Part shown: piece by piece, positions 26,584 to 37,813 of the stretch
How the letters are laid out: each line of letters opens with the position of its first letter
Position numbering within the stretch: position 1 is the first letter of the stretch
Virus record (IMG/VR): IMGVR_UViG_3300025137_000047
Coordinates: 1 to 55,268 of that record
Length of the DNA: 55,268 bases
Reading direction: 5' to 3' (one strand)
From: a virus
Lineage: Duplodnaviria; Caudoviricetes
Notes under the pieces: model-generated
Told to the model about the DNA's origin: nothing
Seen by the model: the letters and a program-made list of their open reading frames with translations, nothing else
Database searches by the model: none
Position numbers and translations under genes: made by a program

Positions 26584-26624
26584 GGGGGAGTACAAAAGAT
26601 CTGCAAGTAGAAGCAGCGCCCCCC
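26584..26624 (+). ncRNA. Candidate small structured RNA after the tRNA
   Basis: GGGGG/CCCCC outer stem, CTGC/GCAG inner stem. Confidence 0.4.
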
Positions 26625-26644
26625 TTCAATAAAGTGAAATTTCT

Positions 26645-26675
26645 ATTGGAGGATTGATTACCCTCCAATTTTTTT
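26645..26675 (+). terminator. Rho-independent terminator
   Basis: ATTGGAGG...CCTCCAAT plus T run. Confidence 0.8.
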
Positions 26676-26707
26676 GTCAATAAATATTCCCAGAATAGGA
26701 TACACAA

Positions 26708-26974
26708 ATGAGGTATCATCTAGATATCAAGTATTGCTGGTTTACGAAAAAACAATTAGTATTGATGTATTTTATAAATGGTATCCCATATACATTTGAT
26801 GATGTAGACGACAGTTTTTATTTGGACCCAGAGATTGTAGAATGGGCAAATGAAAATACACAGTATGATATAGATGATCTATATAAATGGTCAAACTACT
26901 TGGTAATGGAAGAATGTCACCCACTTATTTTTGATCTGGAACTTGATAATCCAGAATTGCTACCGGTAGATTAG
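26708..26974 (+). CDS. Conserved cyanophage hypothetical protein
   Basis: LVLMYFINGIPYTFDD..YLVMEECHPLIF; AGGA SD; ATAAATA at 26680. Confidence 0.8.
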   Translation: MRYHLDIKYCWFTKKQLVLMYFINGIPYTFDDVDDSFYLDPEIVEWANENTQYDIDDLYKWSNYLVMEECHPLIFDLELDNPELLPVD

Positions 26975-26991
26975 AGACAGTTCTGTCTGTG

Positions 26992-26998
26992 ATAAATA
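26992..26998 (+). promoter_or_regulatory. Late promoter ATAAATA
   Basis: Intergenic, about 30 nt upstream of the 2371-aa gene. Confidence 0.65.
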
Positions 26999-27028
26999 AA
27001 GCAGAAGAAAAATTAGTGCGCTGATAAA

Positions 27029-30000
27029 ATGCCTCTTTCAAGATTAGAAAATTTTCTGATTAATACCGATGGTAATATTCTTTATGTAAACCCATCAGAT
27101 CTGGACGCTACGGATAGTTTTGATAATAAAGGTAACTCTTTAACTAGACCGTTTAAGACTCTACAAAGGGCACTGATTGAAGCGGCAAGATTTTCATATC
27201 AAGTTGGTCAGGATAACGACCGATTTGATAGAACTACTATTTTATTATATCCCGGCACTCACTTAGTTGATAATAGACGAGGACTACAAGTAGGTCTGAC
27301 TGGTGGTGTTGCAAAATATCGGAATCAAAATGATGTTGATGTAACTGCTAGCACTGATCTTACTCTGAATAGTGGAACAGTCTTTGATATAGAAAATGCT
27401 GGAAATGTTCTCCACAAATTAAACTCTGTTGATGGTGGTATTATTGTACCTAAGGGTACATCTATCGTTGGTCTTGACTTAAGAAAGACTAAGATCAAAC
27501 CATTGTATGTTCCTGATCCAGAAGATGTAACTATTGATAGATCTGCAATCTTCCGTATCACTGGTGGTTGTTATTTCTGGCAGTTTAGTCTTTTTGATGG
27601 TGATCGTGAAGTTTTCTTCAACAATGACTATGGTACAAAGAGAAATCCTTCGTATTCTCACCACAAACTGACCTGCTTTGAATATGCAGATGGTGTTAAT
27701 AAGAAAACTGTTACTGATTCAGAAAGAGAATACACTGACCTTCAGATGTATTACTTGAAGTTGATGAACGCATATGGTGCGAATACTGGAAACAGAAATA
27801 TCATTGACTTCCCAGCTGCTGATGACTTCCAACCCAACAGTCCAGAATTTAAAATTGTTGGTGACCTGACCGCAAATGACTTTAGTATTGTTGAACTGAG
27901 AGCAGACACATCTGGTTCACCAAAAGAAGCAACAGTTACAACTGATGTTGATCACAACCTGAGCACAGACGATGCATTCCGTATCACTGGTGTTGGTGGA
28001 TCTGCACTCTACGAAGGAAGTTATAAGGTTGCTGGTATCAACAGCACGCGCCAGTTTACGTATACTTTACCTGCTGATCCTAACCAGGATAACATTACAA
28101 TTCAAAACACTGAGAAGGTTGTTATTGAAGCAGACAATGTAACAGGTGCTTCACCGTACATATTTAATATCTCTTTGAGATCTTCCTTCGGTATGTGTGG
28201 TATGCATGCTGATGGCAGCAAGGCAACCGGATTCAAGTCAATGGTTGTAGCTCAGTTTACTGGAATCGGCCTTCAGAAAGACCCCAATGCATTCCTGATT
28301 TATGATAAGGCTAGTGGAGAGTATAAGAATAACGCTACAGCACCTGCGAGTGAAACTAGACCACTCTACATTAACCAAAACGCAGTTTATTCTCCTGCTT
28401 ATGAGAGTTTCCACGTAAAAGCATCTAATGACTCTGTGATTCAGGCAGTGTCTGTGTTTGCTATTGGTTTCGCAAACCACTTCCTTGCAGAGGATGGTGC
28501 TGACCAATCAATCACTAACTCCAACTCTAACTTTGGTGCAAAATCTCTGATCGCAAAAGGATTTAGAAAGCAATCCTTCAACAGAGATGATACTGGATAT
28601 ATCACTCACATTGTTCCACCAAAAGATCTCCAAGAACCTACAACCAATGTCAACTGGAGAGTATTAGATCCAACCAAGACTGATTCTGTTGGTATTACAT
28701 CTCATCTTTATCTTCTTGGCGAAGATGATATGCTTAACCCACCATCTAATGTTACAGATGGTTATAAAGTAGGTTGCAATTTCAACGAACTTCTGTATTT
28801 GGATGTAGTTACCGATACAACTGCTGGTATCACCTCAACATACTCTGCACCAATCCTGATGGAAGTTCCAGCAGGGACAATTGATGGACCACAAGGAAAG
28901 AAAGTATTCAATGTAAGTAGAACTGCTGGCACAAATGATATAAACACAACTGATTTTATAATTACACTCACTGCTGATCATAATTTATCAGATGGTGAGA
29001 GCATCCGTATATTCAGTGATAATGGTAGACTTCCTGATGGTATTGAACCAGAAGGAAAGTATTTTGCAATCACTATCTCAGGTTCTGGAAATGAAAGTAA
29101 GATCAAAATTGCAAGCACATTCAATAATGCTCTCAATAATGTCCCTGTAAATATTAAAAATAACAAGGGTGGATTACTCAGAATTGAGAGTAGAGTAACT
29201 GATAAGATTCCCGGAGATGCTGGACATCCTATTCAATATGATACTACTAACAATCAGTGGTTCATTACCTCTTCAAGTATAACTACAACGAATAAGATTT
29301 TTGAAGCACTTGATGATTTCACGACTGTAATTGCTGCAAATAACGCAACAACTTATGTTCAGAGAATTCCAGAGAATCGTGATCTGGTTGATAGAATCTA
29401 CAAGTTACGTTACGTAGTTCCTAGAGAATTTAAAAATGCAAAGGCACCTACGAAGAACTTTATTCTTCAAGAATCAAAAACAGTTAATGAAGATTCTACA
29501 ATCAATACTATAAAATCAAATCGTAATCCTCGTGTTATTGCAAATGTAACCAGAGCTGGTGCTACTATAACTATCACTTCACAGCAAGAGCATAACATCA
29601 ATATTGGTGATAGAGTTAATCTTAAAAATATTGTAAGTATAGGAAACACCTTAGGTAAGAATGATATATCATATAATGGTTACTTCAAAGTAGATAGTGT
29701 TCCTAGCACAATAACATTTAGAGTTTCAAATGCTCTAGTAGGTGCAGGTGATACTTACACCGATCAGATTGATGCTATCCGTACAGGTGGAGATCTTTCA
29801 AAACTTCCTGTATTTGAAAGGAATGAGTATAAGACCACGTATATTATTCAAGATGTAGAAACCATTCAAAAATACGATGATAGTATTCAAGATGGTATCT
29901 ACTATCTCACTGTATTGAGATCAGATATCTCACCAGTACAAGATGATGGTTCTACTAATCCATTCTCAGGTAGGGAATATAAGCAGGATTTCCAATCTCT

Positions 30001-33000
30001 CTATCCAGTTGTTGATAGGGACAATAACGTAGTTGATCCATCGCAATCAATTTCTGCAGCATCTAATAGTTTATTAGGTAAAGTTTCTGCTGATAATAAC
30101 CAGAATAGTATCACCAAAGAAGCTGCAATTGAATATATAAAAGATACTGGAGTTGGTATAGCAGTTACTGGAGCACTTAAGGTTTCTGGTGGTGCAAATG
30201 ACGAGATTGATTATTTCTTTGAAAGAAATCACGGTCTGTTTAGTTTGACTTCAGTCGCACAGGTGAATGCTGGTGCTGGATATGGATCTAATGGAGATAA
30301 ACTTTATAACGTAGCACTGAACCCTGGAAAGAATACTGTGTATGGTGCTGATGCAACAGCAGATGTTGTAGTTGGTGCTGGTGGATCTATCACATCACTT
30401 ACTATTGTTAATGGTGGTAGCAATTATAAGGTTGGATCTGGACTTACAGTCACTGTTGCAGGTGGTACTGCTACTAATCTTGCTGCTTACACGATCGATA
30501 GTGTTACTCAAGAGCAAGATAGTGTTATTCAATTTATTGGTATTGGAACCATAAATGATAGAAAGACAAGTGGATTTAATGGTGTATATCGTTTTAGTAA
30601 TGATTCAACTTCTCCAAATGTAATCAGAATACTAAATGGTAATCCATCTCCAGGTGTTCATACTACATCTAATGGTATCGCAGTTCTGGGTAGTAAGATG
30701 CTTAGTGCTGATACCATCGTTGGAACTGCAGCGACCACTCTAGTAGGAATTGTTACGGTAACAACTACAGCACCGTATCATGGATTAGCAGTTGGTAACA
30801 AAATTAGGATCGAACTTGAGAATTCTGATGCTGCATCAGAGACTGCTTTCAATAAAGATTTTATTGTTCAAGGAGTTACTGCTGATAATAAGTTTACAAT
30901 TAGAGTGAATCCTGGTATTAGTGCTGCTCCTGGACTGCGGGAGTCTATATTCAAGTATGCTATTGGAGCACAAGGTCAAGATACTTCACTGCAAACTGAA
31001 AAAGTTGCTGGAAGTTTACTTAACTTCCAAGACAGATATCTTTCAACTCTTAGTAATAATATTACTAACATAACAAATACTGTGTTAGTTGATGACGATG
31101 ATCCGAAGTCAATTTCCACAGGTGATTTTATTCAAATCAATGATGAAATTATGAGGGTCACTGCTGTCGCTGCACCTTCTGGTGGTAGTGTTGCTTTGAC
31201 TGTTATCAGAGGTGTGATGGGTACAACATCTACAGCACAAAGTTTGGGTTCTGTTGTCCAACAAATCAAGATCATCCCTTCTGAGGTTCGTAGATTCTCT
31301 AGCATCCGTGCTTCTGGTCACACCTTTGAGTATATTGGTTATGGTCCTGGTAACTATTCAACTGCACTTCCACAGAGAATTCAAAGAACTCTTACGAGAG
31401 AAGAAGAACTGTTATCTGTTTATTGTGAGAAGAAAGGTGGAGTCACATTCTTCTCTGGTATGAACGACCGTGGTGAGTTCTTCACATGGGATGGAAGAAT
31501 CAAACCACTTGAGAGATACATCAGTGAGGTTGGTAATGACTTCACCGGTATCTTTGATGACCTGTATGTAAGAAACACTCTGCGTGTTGGCGGTGGTCCT
31601 AACAGAAACCTGCCTTCCGAGTTTAGAGGACCAGTTAACTTTACCAATAAGATCACTAACACTGATACAGTTGATGGTATTACTGCGGTTAAACTGCAGT
31701 TACAGGGTAACGCTCAATCAAATCCATCCTTCCAGGTTGGTTCTGATGCAAATCCATCTCTGATTGTTAAGAAGTCTACTCAAAATGTTGGTATCAAGAC
31801 TGCTAATCCACAATTTGAACTGGATGTTAATGGAACAATTCGTGCTAACGTCTACGAGAACTTCAAGTTAAGTGATCTTCCTAATACCAAAACTGAGGAA
31901 ACAACCTTCGAGAGAAACCGTATCCTGAAAGTTAACAATGCAGGAACGGGTTATGATTTAGTTGATATTAATGTTCTTCCACTCTACAGACTTTCCAGTT
32001 ATGGAGTCAGTAATGATGGACTAGTCCACACTGGAATTGGTGCTACTGTAGGTGGCAAACTGCAAATTACTGGAGTCAGTACTTCTACATTCTCAACTGG
32101 ACAGAAAGTTAAGTTGTTCGGTGTCGGACTTTCTACTTCTCCCGTGACGGTTGGACCTTACACAACTATTCCAGGATTCACCAAGATTGGATCAAGTGCT
32201 ACTAATAGAAGGTATCGTTACTGGTCTGCTCAGTTCAATCTGAGAACTGGTGATGTTGGTATTGGTACGCAACTCAGTCCAAAGGCAGGTGTCGGTCATA
32301 CTAGTATTGATAACTTCAATGATCTGGAACATATTACACTCACACTGAATAGAACTAATGGAATTTCTAATGGTATCCTGATCTACCGTCAAGAATCTGC
32401 TGATGGTGATGCTGCTGATATCAATGACGCAAAGTTAGTTGCTATTCTTGGACCTAAAGAACTTGGATCTAATACAAGCGGCATTAATTATAAGGACTTC
32501 GGTGTTTATGATCAGACTGCCTGGAGTCAGAACACTGTTAAGAACGAGTATGATGAAGATCAAATTCACTTCCCTGCCATCGGAACAGAAGGTAAGAGAA
32601 GGGGATGGTCAATAGACGAGATTGTATCCATTGGTAATAGTAGCATCACAGTCAACAGAGCATATGATTTCAATAATGCTGTTGGATTTGGAACTACCAC
32701 CTCTCTGAAAGTCGTTCACGAGAATACTTATGCACTTACTCAAGCAATGGATGATATTGTCGCAAGAGGTGGTAGTTACCTTGAACTTCCAAGCGGAACA
32801 TTCCTTGCAGAGAAACTTATCGTTCCATCCAATTTCACTATTACTGGTGTAGGAAAGAATTCAGTTCTGAAACAACAGTACTTTGCGAATGATGAAACTG
32901 ATGGAGCAGGAAATGCTCTTCAAAATGATAATATATTCATCGGTATTACTGCGGGCATCTCTAAAGATATTACATTTAGTGATTTTACAATTGATGGTAA

Positions 33001-34144
33001 CAATACTAATCAGTATAGATTCCCTGATACAGCAAACGATGATTCTTATATGGTATATCTGAAAGGATTAATATCTGGACTCATAAGGGGCATTGAACTT
33101 CGTAATAGTTCAATGCATGGTATGACTATTAAGGATAGCACCAGAGTATCCATTGAAAACTCAACATTCGTTGATGGTTCAATGACTGATAGATATCCAT
33201 ACGAACCACTTAATGCATCAGAGACTACAAGTCTTAGAATCAATGACTGTCTCTTTGAGAACTATCCTGGTGCTGTTGATGTATCTGCTTCTTCTGTAGT
33301 TGTTGTTGGTGGTAATATCATTCGCAACTGTGGTCGCGGACTCAAGACATTCGCAACTGGTAAGATCACAACCACTGATAATATTATACTCGGACCTGCT
33401 GATGAGTTCATTCCATCACCAGATATCTTTGATAGTGACTTCAACGGTATCAATGTTACAGTTGATACATCTTCAGACTTCTTTGGTCCTGTGCTTCAGT
33501 ATATTGAAGATGGAGAACCCAAGGACATTAGTTCCAGTAAGGTCACCATCACTGCTGGTATCGGAACTATGATCGGTACAGGTTCTACCCTAACAGGTGA
33601 ATCACTCGGAACGAAGTTCCTTGACTTTGAAATTCATACAGATGATCAAGAACCTGGTCTTCAAGGTAGAGAGCAAGGTTATATCCAAACCAAGTTGGTT
33701 CAGTCTCAAGCCGCAACACTTGCTAATGTCTCAAATAAACAGCTTGGATATAGTATTGTTGGTGTTGAATTCCAAGACATACCAGTTGGTATGAGTACTA
33801 ATATTGGTATTCAAACAGGTGCTTGGTATAAGAGTGGTATCAGTACTGTTGGAGCTGGTACAACTGAGTACAGAGTTACACTTTCTGATGCAGATCACTT
33901 TGCTAAAATTGCTGTTGGAGACATTGTTAAACTAGTGAGTCACCAGGTATCACCAAGTCTTTCCTCTAAGACTCTTACCGTTCAACAGAAGCAAAGTATC
34001 AGTGCTGATGAAAAACAACTTAGATTAGTTGGATTTACAACCACCTCAGTAACTAATGGTGGAGAAATACCAGGTACGGTGAATGGATATATAAGTATAA
34101 GGAAGCAATTCGTAATCGCCAAAGGAAGAGTCGGAGTAATCTAA
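27029..34144 (+). CDS. Very large virion structural/fibre protein with C-terminal right-handed beta-helix
   Basis: 2371 aa; repeated TxTTxxxHxL modules; pectate-lyase-like region (SDFTIDGNNTNQ, IENSTF, GGNIIRNCG). Confidence 0.8.
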   Translation: MPLSRLENFLINTDGNILYVNPSDLDATDSFDNKGNSLTRPFKTLQRALIEAARFSYQVGQDNDRFDRTTILLYPGTHLVDNRRGLQVGLTGGVAKYRNQNDVDVTASTDLTLNSGTVFDIENAGNVLHKLNSVDGGIIVPKGTSIVGLDLRKTKIKPLYVPDPEDVTIDRSAIFRITGGCYFWQFSLFDGDREVFFNNDYGTKRNPSYSHHKLTCFEYADGVNKKTVTDSEREYTDLQMYYLKLMNAYGANTGNRNIIDFPAADDFQPNSPEFKIVGDLTANDFSIVELRADTSGSPKEATVTTDVDHNLSTDDAFRITGVGGSALYEGSYKVAGINSTRQFTYTLPADPNQDNITIQNTEKVVIEADNVTGASPYIFNISLRSSFGMCGMHADGSKATGFKSMVVAQFTGIGLQKDPNAFLIYDKASGEYKNNATAPASETRPLYINQNAVYSPAYESFHVKASNDSVIQAVSVFAIGFANHFLAEDGADQSITNSNSNFGAKSLIAKGFRKQSFNRDDTGYITHIVPPKDLQEPTTNVNWRVLDPTKTDSVGITSHLYLLGEDDMLNPPSNVTDGYKVGCNFNELLYLDVVTDTTAGITSTYSAPILMEVPAGTIDGPQGKKVFNVSRTAGTNDINTTDFIITLTADHNLSDGESIRIFSDNGRLPDGIEPEGKYFAITISGSGNESKIKIASTFNNALNNVPVNIKNNKGGLLRIESRVTDKIPGDAGHPIQYDTTNNQWFITSSSITTTNKIFEALDDFTTVIAANNATTYVQRIPENRDLVDRIYKLRYVVPREFKNAKAPTKNFILQESKTVNEDSTINTIKSNRNPRVIANVTRAGATITITSQQEHNINIGDRVNLKNIVSIGNTLGKNDISYNGYFKVDSVPSTITFRVSNALVGAGDTYTDQIDAIRTGGDLSKLPVFERNEYKTTYIIQDVETIQKYDDSIQDGIYYLTVLRSDISPVQDDGSTNPFSGREYKQDFQSLYPVVDRDNNVVDPSQSISAASNSLLGKVSADNNQNSITKEAAIEYIKDTGVGIAVTGALKVSGGANDEIDYFFERNHGLFSLTSVAQVNAGAGYGSNGDKLYNVALNPGKNTVYGADATADVVVGAGGSITSLTIVNGGSNYKVGSGLTVTVAGGTATNLAAYTIDSVTQEQDSVIQFIGIGTINDRKTSGFNGVYRFSNDSTSPNVIRILNGNPSPGVHTTSNGIAVLGSKMLSADTIVGTAATTLVGIVTVTTTAPYHGLAVGNKIRIELENSDAASETAFNKDFIVQGVTADNKFTIRVNPGISAAPGLRESIFKYAIGAQGQDTSLQTEKVAGSLLNFQDRYLSTLSNNITNITNTVLVDDDDPKSISTGDFIQINDEIMRVTAVAAPSGGSVALTVIRGVMGTTSTAQSLGSVVQQIKIIPSEVRRFSSIRASGHTFEYIGYGPGNYSTALPQRIQRTLTREEELLSVYCEKKGGVTFFSGMNDRGEFFTWDGRIKPLERYISEVGNDFTGIFDDLYVRNTLRVGGGPNRNLPSEFRGPVNFTNKITNTDTVDGITAVKLQLQGNAQSNPSFQVGSDANPSLIVKKSTQNVGIKTANPQFELDVNGTIRANVYENFKLSDLPNTKTEETTFERNRILKVNNAGTGYDLVDINVLPLYRLSSYGVSNDGLVHTGIGATVGGKLQITGVSTSTFSTGQKVKLFGVGLSTSPVTVGPYTTIPGFTKIGSSATNRRYRYWSAQFNLRTGDVGIGTQLSPKAGVGHTSIDNFNDLEHITLTLNRTNGISNGILIYRQESADGDAADINDAKLVAILGPKELGSNTSGINYKDFGVYDQTAWSQNTVKNEYDEDQIHFPAIGTEGKRRGWSIDEIVSIGNSSITVNRAYDFNNAVGFGTTTSLKVVHENTYALTQAMDDIVARGGSYLELPSGTFLAEKLIVPSNFTITGVGKNSVLKQQYFANDETDGAGNALQNDNIFIGITAGISKDITFSDFTIDGNNTNQYRFPDTANDDSYMVYLKGLISGLIRGIELRNSSMHGMTIKDSTRVSIENSTFVDGSMTDRYPYEPLNASETTSLRINDCLFENYPGAVDVSASSVVVVGGNIIRNCGRGLKTFATGKITTTDNIILGPADEFIPSPDIFDSDFNGINVTVDTSSDFFGPVLQYIEDGEPKDISSSKVTITAGIGTMIGTGSTLTGESLGTKFLDFEIHTDDQEPGLQGREQGYIQTKLVQSQAATLANVSNKQLGYSIVGVEFQDIPVGMSTNIGIQTGAWYKSGISTVGAGTTEYRVTLSDADHFAKIAVGDIVKLVSHQVSPSLSSKTLTVQQKQSISADEKQLRLVGFTTTSVTNGGEIPGTVNGYISIRKQFVIAKGRVGVI

Positions 34145-34147
34145 TCC

Positions 34148-37100
34148 ATGCCAGACAATACAAACGTAAATGCTAATTCAGCGGTAACCGTTGTAGGTAG
34201 AACCGCTCCGGTCCCTCCTGGTCAACAAAAATCAGATAAATCTATCCCTGTTGTTATAGCAAGTGACCAGTCAACTATTCCTGTTGCTGAACAAAATAAG
34301 ATTCAGTCGGAAGTTGCACTATCACTTCTGGGTATTCCTAGATCTGAGGTTGCTCTTGGTATCTTTGCTGATGTTAACACCTATGATGTCAACCCTACGG
34401 AATGGACAGCAACACCAGAACAGTTTGCTACTGTAGGTTCAACAGGATACACTGGGATTGGAACATTTGGTTGGGGTTTAACTCATGTTCCTGAGGAATC
34501 TGGAGCATTGGTTGAGGCACCACCTAATAAGTCTGCTATTTTAACATCCAAGAGATTCTTTAGATATCAACCTGGTCGTGTATCTTCTGCTACGTTTGGT
34601 GTTAAGACCACACTTCTGGATACTAATGGTATTGATGTCTTTAACCCGGCAGTTCGTAAGTATGGTATCTTTGATAATTACGATGGATACTATTGGGAGA
34701 CGAGAAATAATGGAACCGGAGATAACTTCAGTGTCGTAAGAAGATCACAAGCAAATACTTTTGTTAATCCTGTTACATTTGGTAGTGCATCAGGTGAACA
34801 AACACAGGATTATGGTGTAACAAATCCATACGATCCTCTGGAAGCAAGAGCATCTGAATCTGTTGGTGCTGGTGCTACTTCTGTACCTACCGGATATACT
34901 AACCGTAAATTGGGTGATCTGGTTATCCTTCGTGATAACTTGATAATGACACACGCTGGTGTCTATGATGAGTCATTATTACAACCAAAGCATGAAGTAG
35001 GAATTTCATCAGTATATGATGCTAATGTAATTAGCATGGTTGGTCTTGCCAACTCAATTACAAACGCAGTATATAATATCGGGACCGGTTTGATGACAAT
35101 CACAACCGGGAATGAGCACGGATATAAGAATGGTAAGTTCATTACCTTGACTGGTATCGCAATGACCTGTCAGTATAGTGCATCACCAAAGTATTATCCA
35201 CAAAGAACAACTGGATATAATGTTGTAAGAGTTGATGGAGCAAATCAATTCACAGTTAATGTTGGTGTCTCAACCGTTCAGACATTCTATGCACCTAGTA
35301 GTGGTGCATATGTTGTTGGTCTTTCAACTGGTCAGTATGTTTCTTATGATAAAGGTTCCAATGGATCTGCAATTGCTGGACTGACTGATGAGAAGATTTA
35401 CAAAATTGGTGCAGTTGGTGTTAACACTATCACCGGTATCAGTACTGCTTCACTTATAGACTTAAACGGCAATGCTGTATCCGGACTGACTAATGGTACA
35501 GGTCTTACATCACATAAGATTTGTACTCCAGTTCCATTTGTCCAACCAATTGCTAATAATTTAGTTAGCGGAAAGAATAAGTATAGTACTGTAGAAGCAA
35601 CTGGTATGTTCCCATATCAGTATACTAATGCTGATAGTACTAATGAGGGATATATTAAGACTGATCGTCCAGTAGGAGAGTCATCAACTCTCAAACAGGA
35701 GATTGATAATGTTAACGATTACTACAATAAGTGGGTTAACCAGAACGTTGATATCCAATATTGGGGTGTCTATGAATATCGTGTCCCTAGAACTAGATTT
35801 AGTGGTGACCGATTAGATAACGAAACAAAGAATTTAATTTTCAGTGATAGTGTTGCATCTAATAGACCTGGTGATCCTGTCCTAGATGCAAATACTGGAG
35901 AAATACTAACTGATATTAGTATCTGGGACCTTGAATTCGACAAGGTTACCATGTACAAGGTTGAGTTCTCATGGTATGGTGCTGTTGGTGCTCTGTTCCT
36001 CGCGTATGTGCCTGTAAGCAATGGAGAAGCACGTTGGGTTAGAGTTCATCATCTCCGGGCATCAAACCAGTTGAAGGTCTCCTCACTGGGCAATGCGACC
36101 CTTCCCATTACGTATATGGTTTATGGTGGAGGTAACGAAAATAGATATGGTTATACTAATACTCTAAGAAAAAACTCAGCGTTTGGATATGGATCTGCAT
36201 CAGAACATATTGTTAAGTATGGTGCCTCATACTACATTGATGGTGGTGATCGTGGAACCGTCAAACTATTCAGTCACGGAACCCCACAAGAAGAAGAAGT
36301 ATATGGATTGAAGAGAAAGTTCACAGTTGGAAGTGGAACCACACAAGCAAATGTTTCTCAAGCAACTGTTGTTGCAGATCCATATATCGGTGCTGGTTCC
36401 ACATCAGGTTTATCTACTGCTTATTACATTGGCGCTAAGATTATTACATCTGATCCACTGGACCAGAATATTGAAATCACGTATGTAAATACCACCAACA
36501 GTAGGTTGCATCTCAACTCTCCTTTGAATTCTACTAGTCATCCAAATGGTATTACTATTATTCCTAACCGTGTAACACCACTGGTTGGTATCAAGTGTAG
36601 AGACTTTATCCAAAGCAGCACAGGTAGAAATGTAAGAAATAGAACTCAGGTATATCCTACTAGACTTTCTACTGGTTCTGATGCTGTTATTAAGGTTGAT
36701 CTTCTGAAGACACCAATCTTCCAGACAAACTCTGTAATAGTAAAACCATCTTTATCACTTCCAATATTAAGTTCTGAGATTAACATTGGTAAGAGAGGTA
36801 AACCAACTCCTGTTGCAGTTCCCCTCAACACATATACTGGAGCACATACATTTGTTCCTAGTAGCAGCGACCTTGCAAACGCAATTGCCTCGTTGAATAC
36901 TAGCACTAAGTATGCAATCACAGCAGTCGCATATAATTCAGCAACTGGTACTATCACTGCAACTACAGGTTCTGCTCACGGATTAAGTGCTGGAACTGAA
37001 ATCAGAATCAGGAAAGAATCATTAGCATTCACTTGTTCCCTGGACAACAACACTGCTGTTAAGGTGTATCCTCGCACCACTGACCCAATCTTTGATGGTA

Positions 37101-37810
37101 ATGCACCTGGAGGAACACCTTTTGGCGGAGCAATCTCTGGTGATTACAGCAGACCAGTCACACTTCGCAGTGGAACAAGTGGAAGTACATTAGTATTCAG
37201 TGTTACTACTGATGCAAGTTCAGGATCTGTTCCTTCTTCTGCTGAATACATCAGAGACATTGGTGGTGGTGCTTATGGATACTTCAGAGGACGTTTTGAA
37301 ACTGATGCTACCGGTAAACCAATCTCGGTTCTTGGTTATCTAGAGAACAGAGGAAAGGATAGAACCAAGAATATTGATACTGATGACTACTACTTCTATG
37401 CACTGAATGCAAATTCTGATTCTATTGTTCTGAACGCTACAGAACCATTCATCAGAGAAGAAGATGCAGACCCAGAAGGAAATGCAACTGCTACTGAACC
37501 TGCATCATTTACACTTGCTCAACTGTCTTCCATTAAGGTTGCTCCGCAACTTAGGTCACCGATACCGAAAACTGGAACGATTGTAGCGAGTCTATACATT
37601 CCTGCATCGGGTGAGAACTATGATCTATCACCATACTTTGACTACAATAAAGAGTATCTTTCATTCCCCCTAACTAATGTTGTAGACAGTCTGTATCTGT
37701 GTGGTTCTACTCAGAAGAATTATTTGGCGGACAATGTATTCTCTCCATCAGCAACTACACCTACGGCAAGAGCAAATGTATCAGCAAGTCTTACTTGGGA
37801 GGAGCAGTGA
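34148..37810 (+). CDS. Large virion structural protein (paralog A)
   Basis: 1220 aa; SKRFFRYQPGR, MYKVEFSWYGAVGA, KYGASYYIDGGD. Confidence 0.75.
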   Translation: MPDNTNVNANSAVTVVGRTAPVPPGQQKSDKSIPVVIASDQSTIPVAEQNKIQSEVALSLLGIPRSEVALGIFADVNTYDVNPTEWTATPEQFATVGSTGYTGIGTFGWGLTHVPEESGALVEAPPNKSAILTSKRFFRYQPGRVSSATFGVKTTLLDTNGIDVFNPAVRKYGIFDNYDGYYWETRNNGTGDNFSVVRRSQANTFVNPVTFGSASGEQTQDYGVTNPYDPLEARASESVGAGATSVPTGYTNRKLGDLVILRDNLIMTHAGVYDESLLQPKHEVGISSVYDANVISMVGLANSITNAVYNIGTGLMTITTGNEHGYKNGKFITLTGIAMTCQYSASPKYYPQRTTGYNVVRVDGANQFTVNVGVSTVQTFYAPSSGAYVVGLSTGQYVSYDKGSNGSAIAGLTDEKIYKIGAVGVNTITGISTASLIDLNGNAVSGLTNGTGLTSHKICTPVPFVQPIANNLVSGKNKYSTVEATGMFPYQYTNADSTNEGYIKTDRPVGESSTLKQEIDNVNDYYNKWVNQNVDIQYWGVYEYRVPRTRFSGDRLDNETKNLIFSDSVASNRPGDPVLDANTGEILTDISIWDLEFDKVTMYKVEFSWYGAVGALFLAYVPVSNGEARWVRVHHLRASNQLKVSSLGNATLPITYMVYGGGNENRYGYTNTLRKNSAFGYGSASEHIVKYGASYYIDGGDRGTVKLFSHGTPQEEEVYGLKRKFTVGSGTTQANVSQATVVADPYIGAGSTSGLSTAYYIGAKIITSDPLDQNIEITYVNTTNSRLHLNSPLNSTSHPNGITIIPNRVTPLVGIKCRDFIQSSTGRNVRNRTQVYPTRLSTGSDAVIKVDLLKTPIFQTNSVIVKPSLSLPILSSEINIGKRGKPTPVAVPLNTYTGAHTFVPSSSDLANAIASLNTSTKYAITAVAYNSATGTITATTGSAHGLSAGTEIRIRKESLAFTCSLDNNTAVKVYPRTTDPIFDGNAPGGTPFGGAISGDYSRPVTLRSGTSGSTLVFSVTTDASSGSVPSSAEYIRDIGGGAYGYFRGRFETDATGKPISVLGYLENRGKDRTKNIDTDDYYFYALNANSDSIVLNATEPFIREEDADPEGNATATEPASFTLAQLSSIKVAPQLRSPIPKTGTIVASLYIPASGENYDLSPYFDYNKEYLSFPLTNVVDSLYLCGSTQKNYLADNVFSPSATTPTARANVSASLTWEEQ

Positions 37811-37813
37811 TCG

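Noticed and set aside
26480-26719. Minus-strand 79-aa ORF
   Set aside because: Antisense to tRNA-Leu and the terminator
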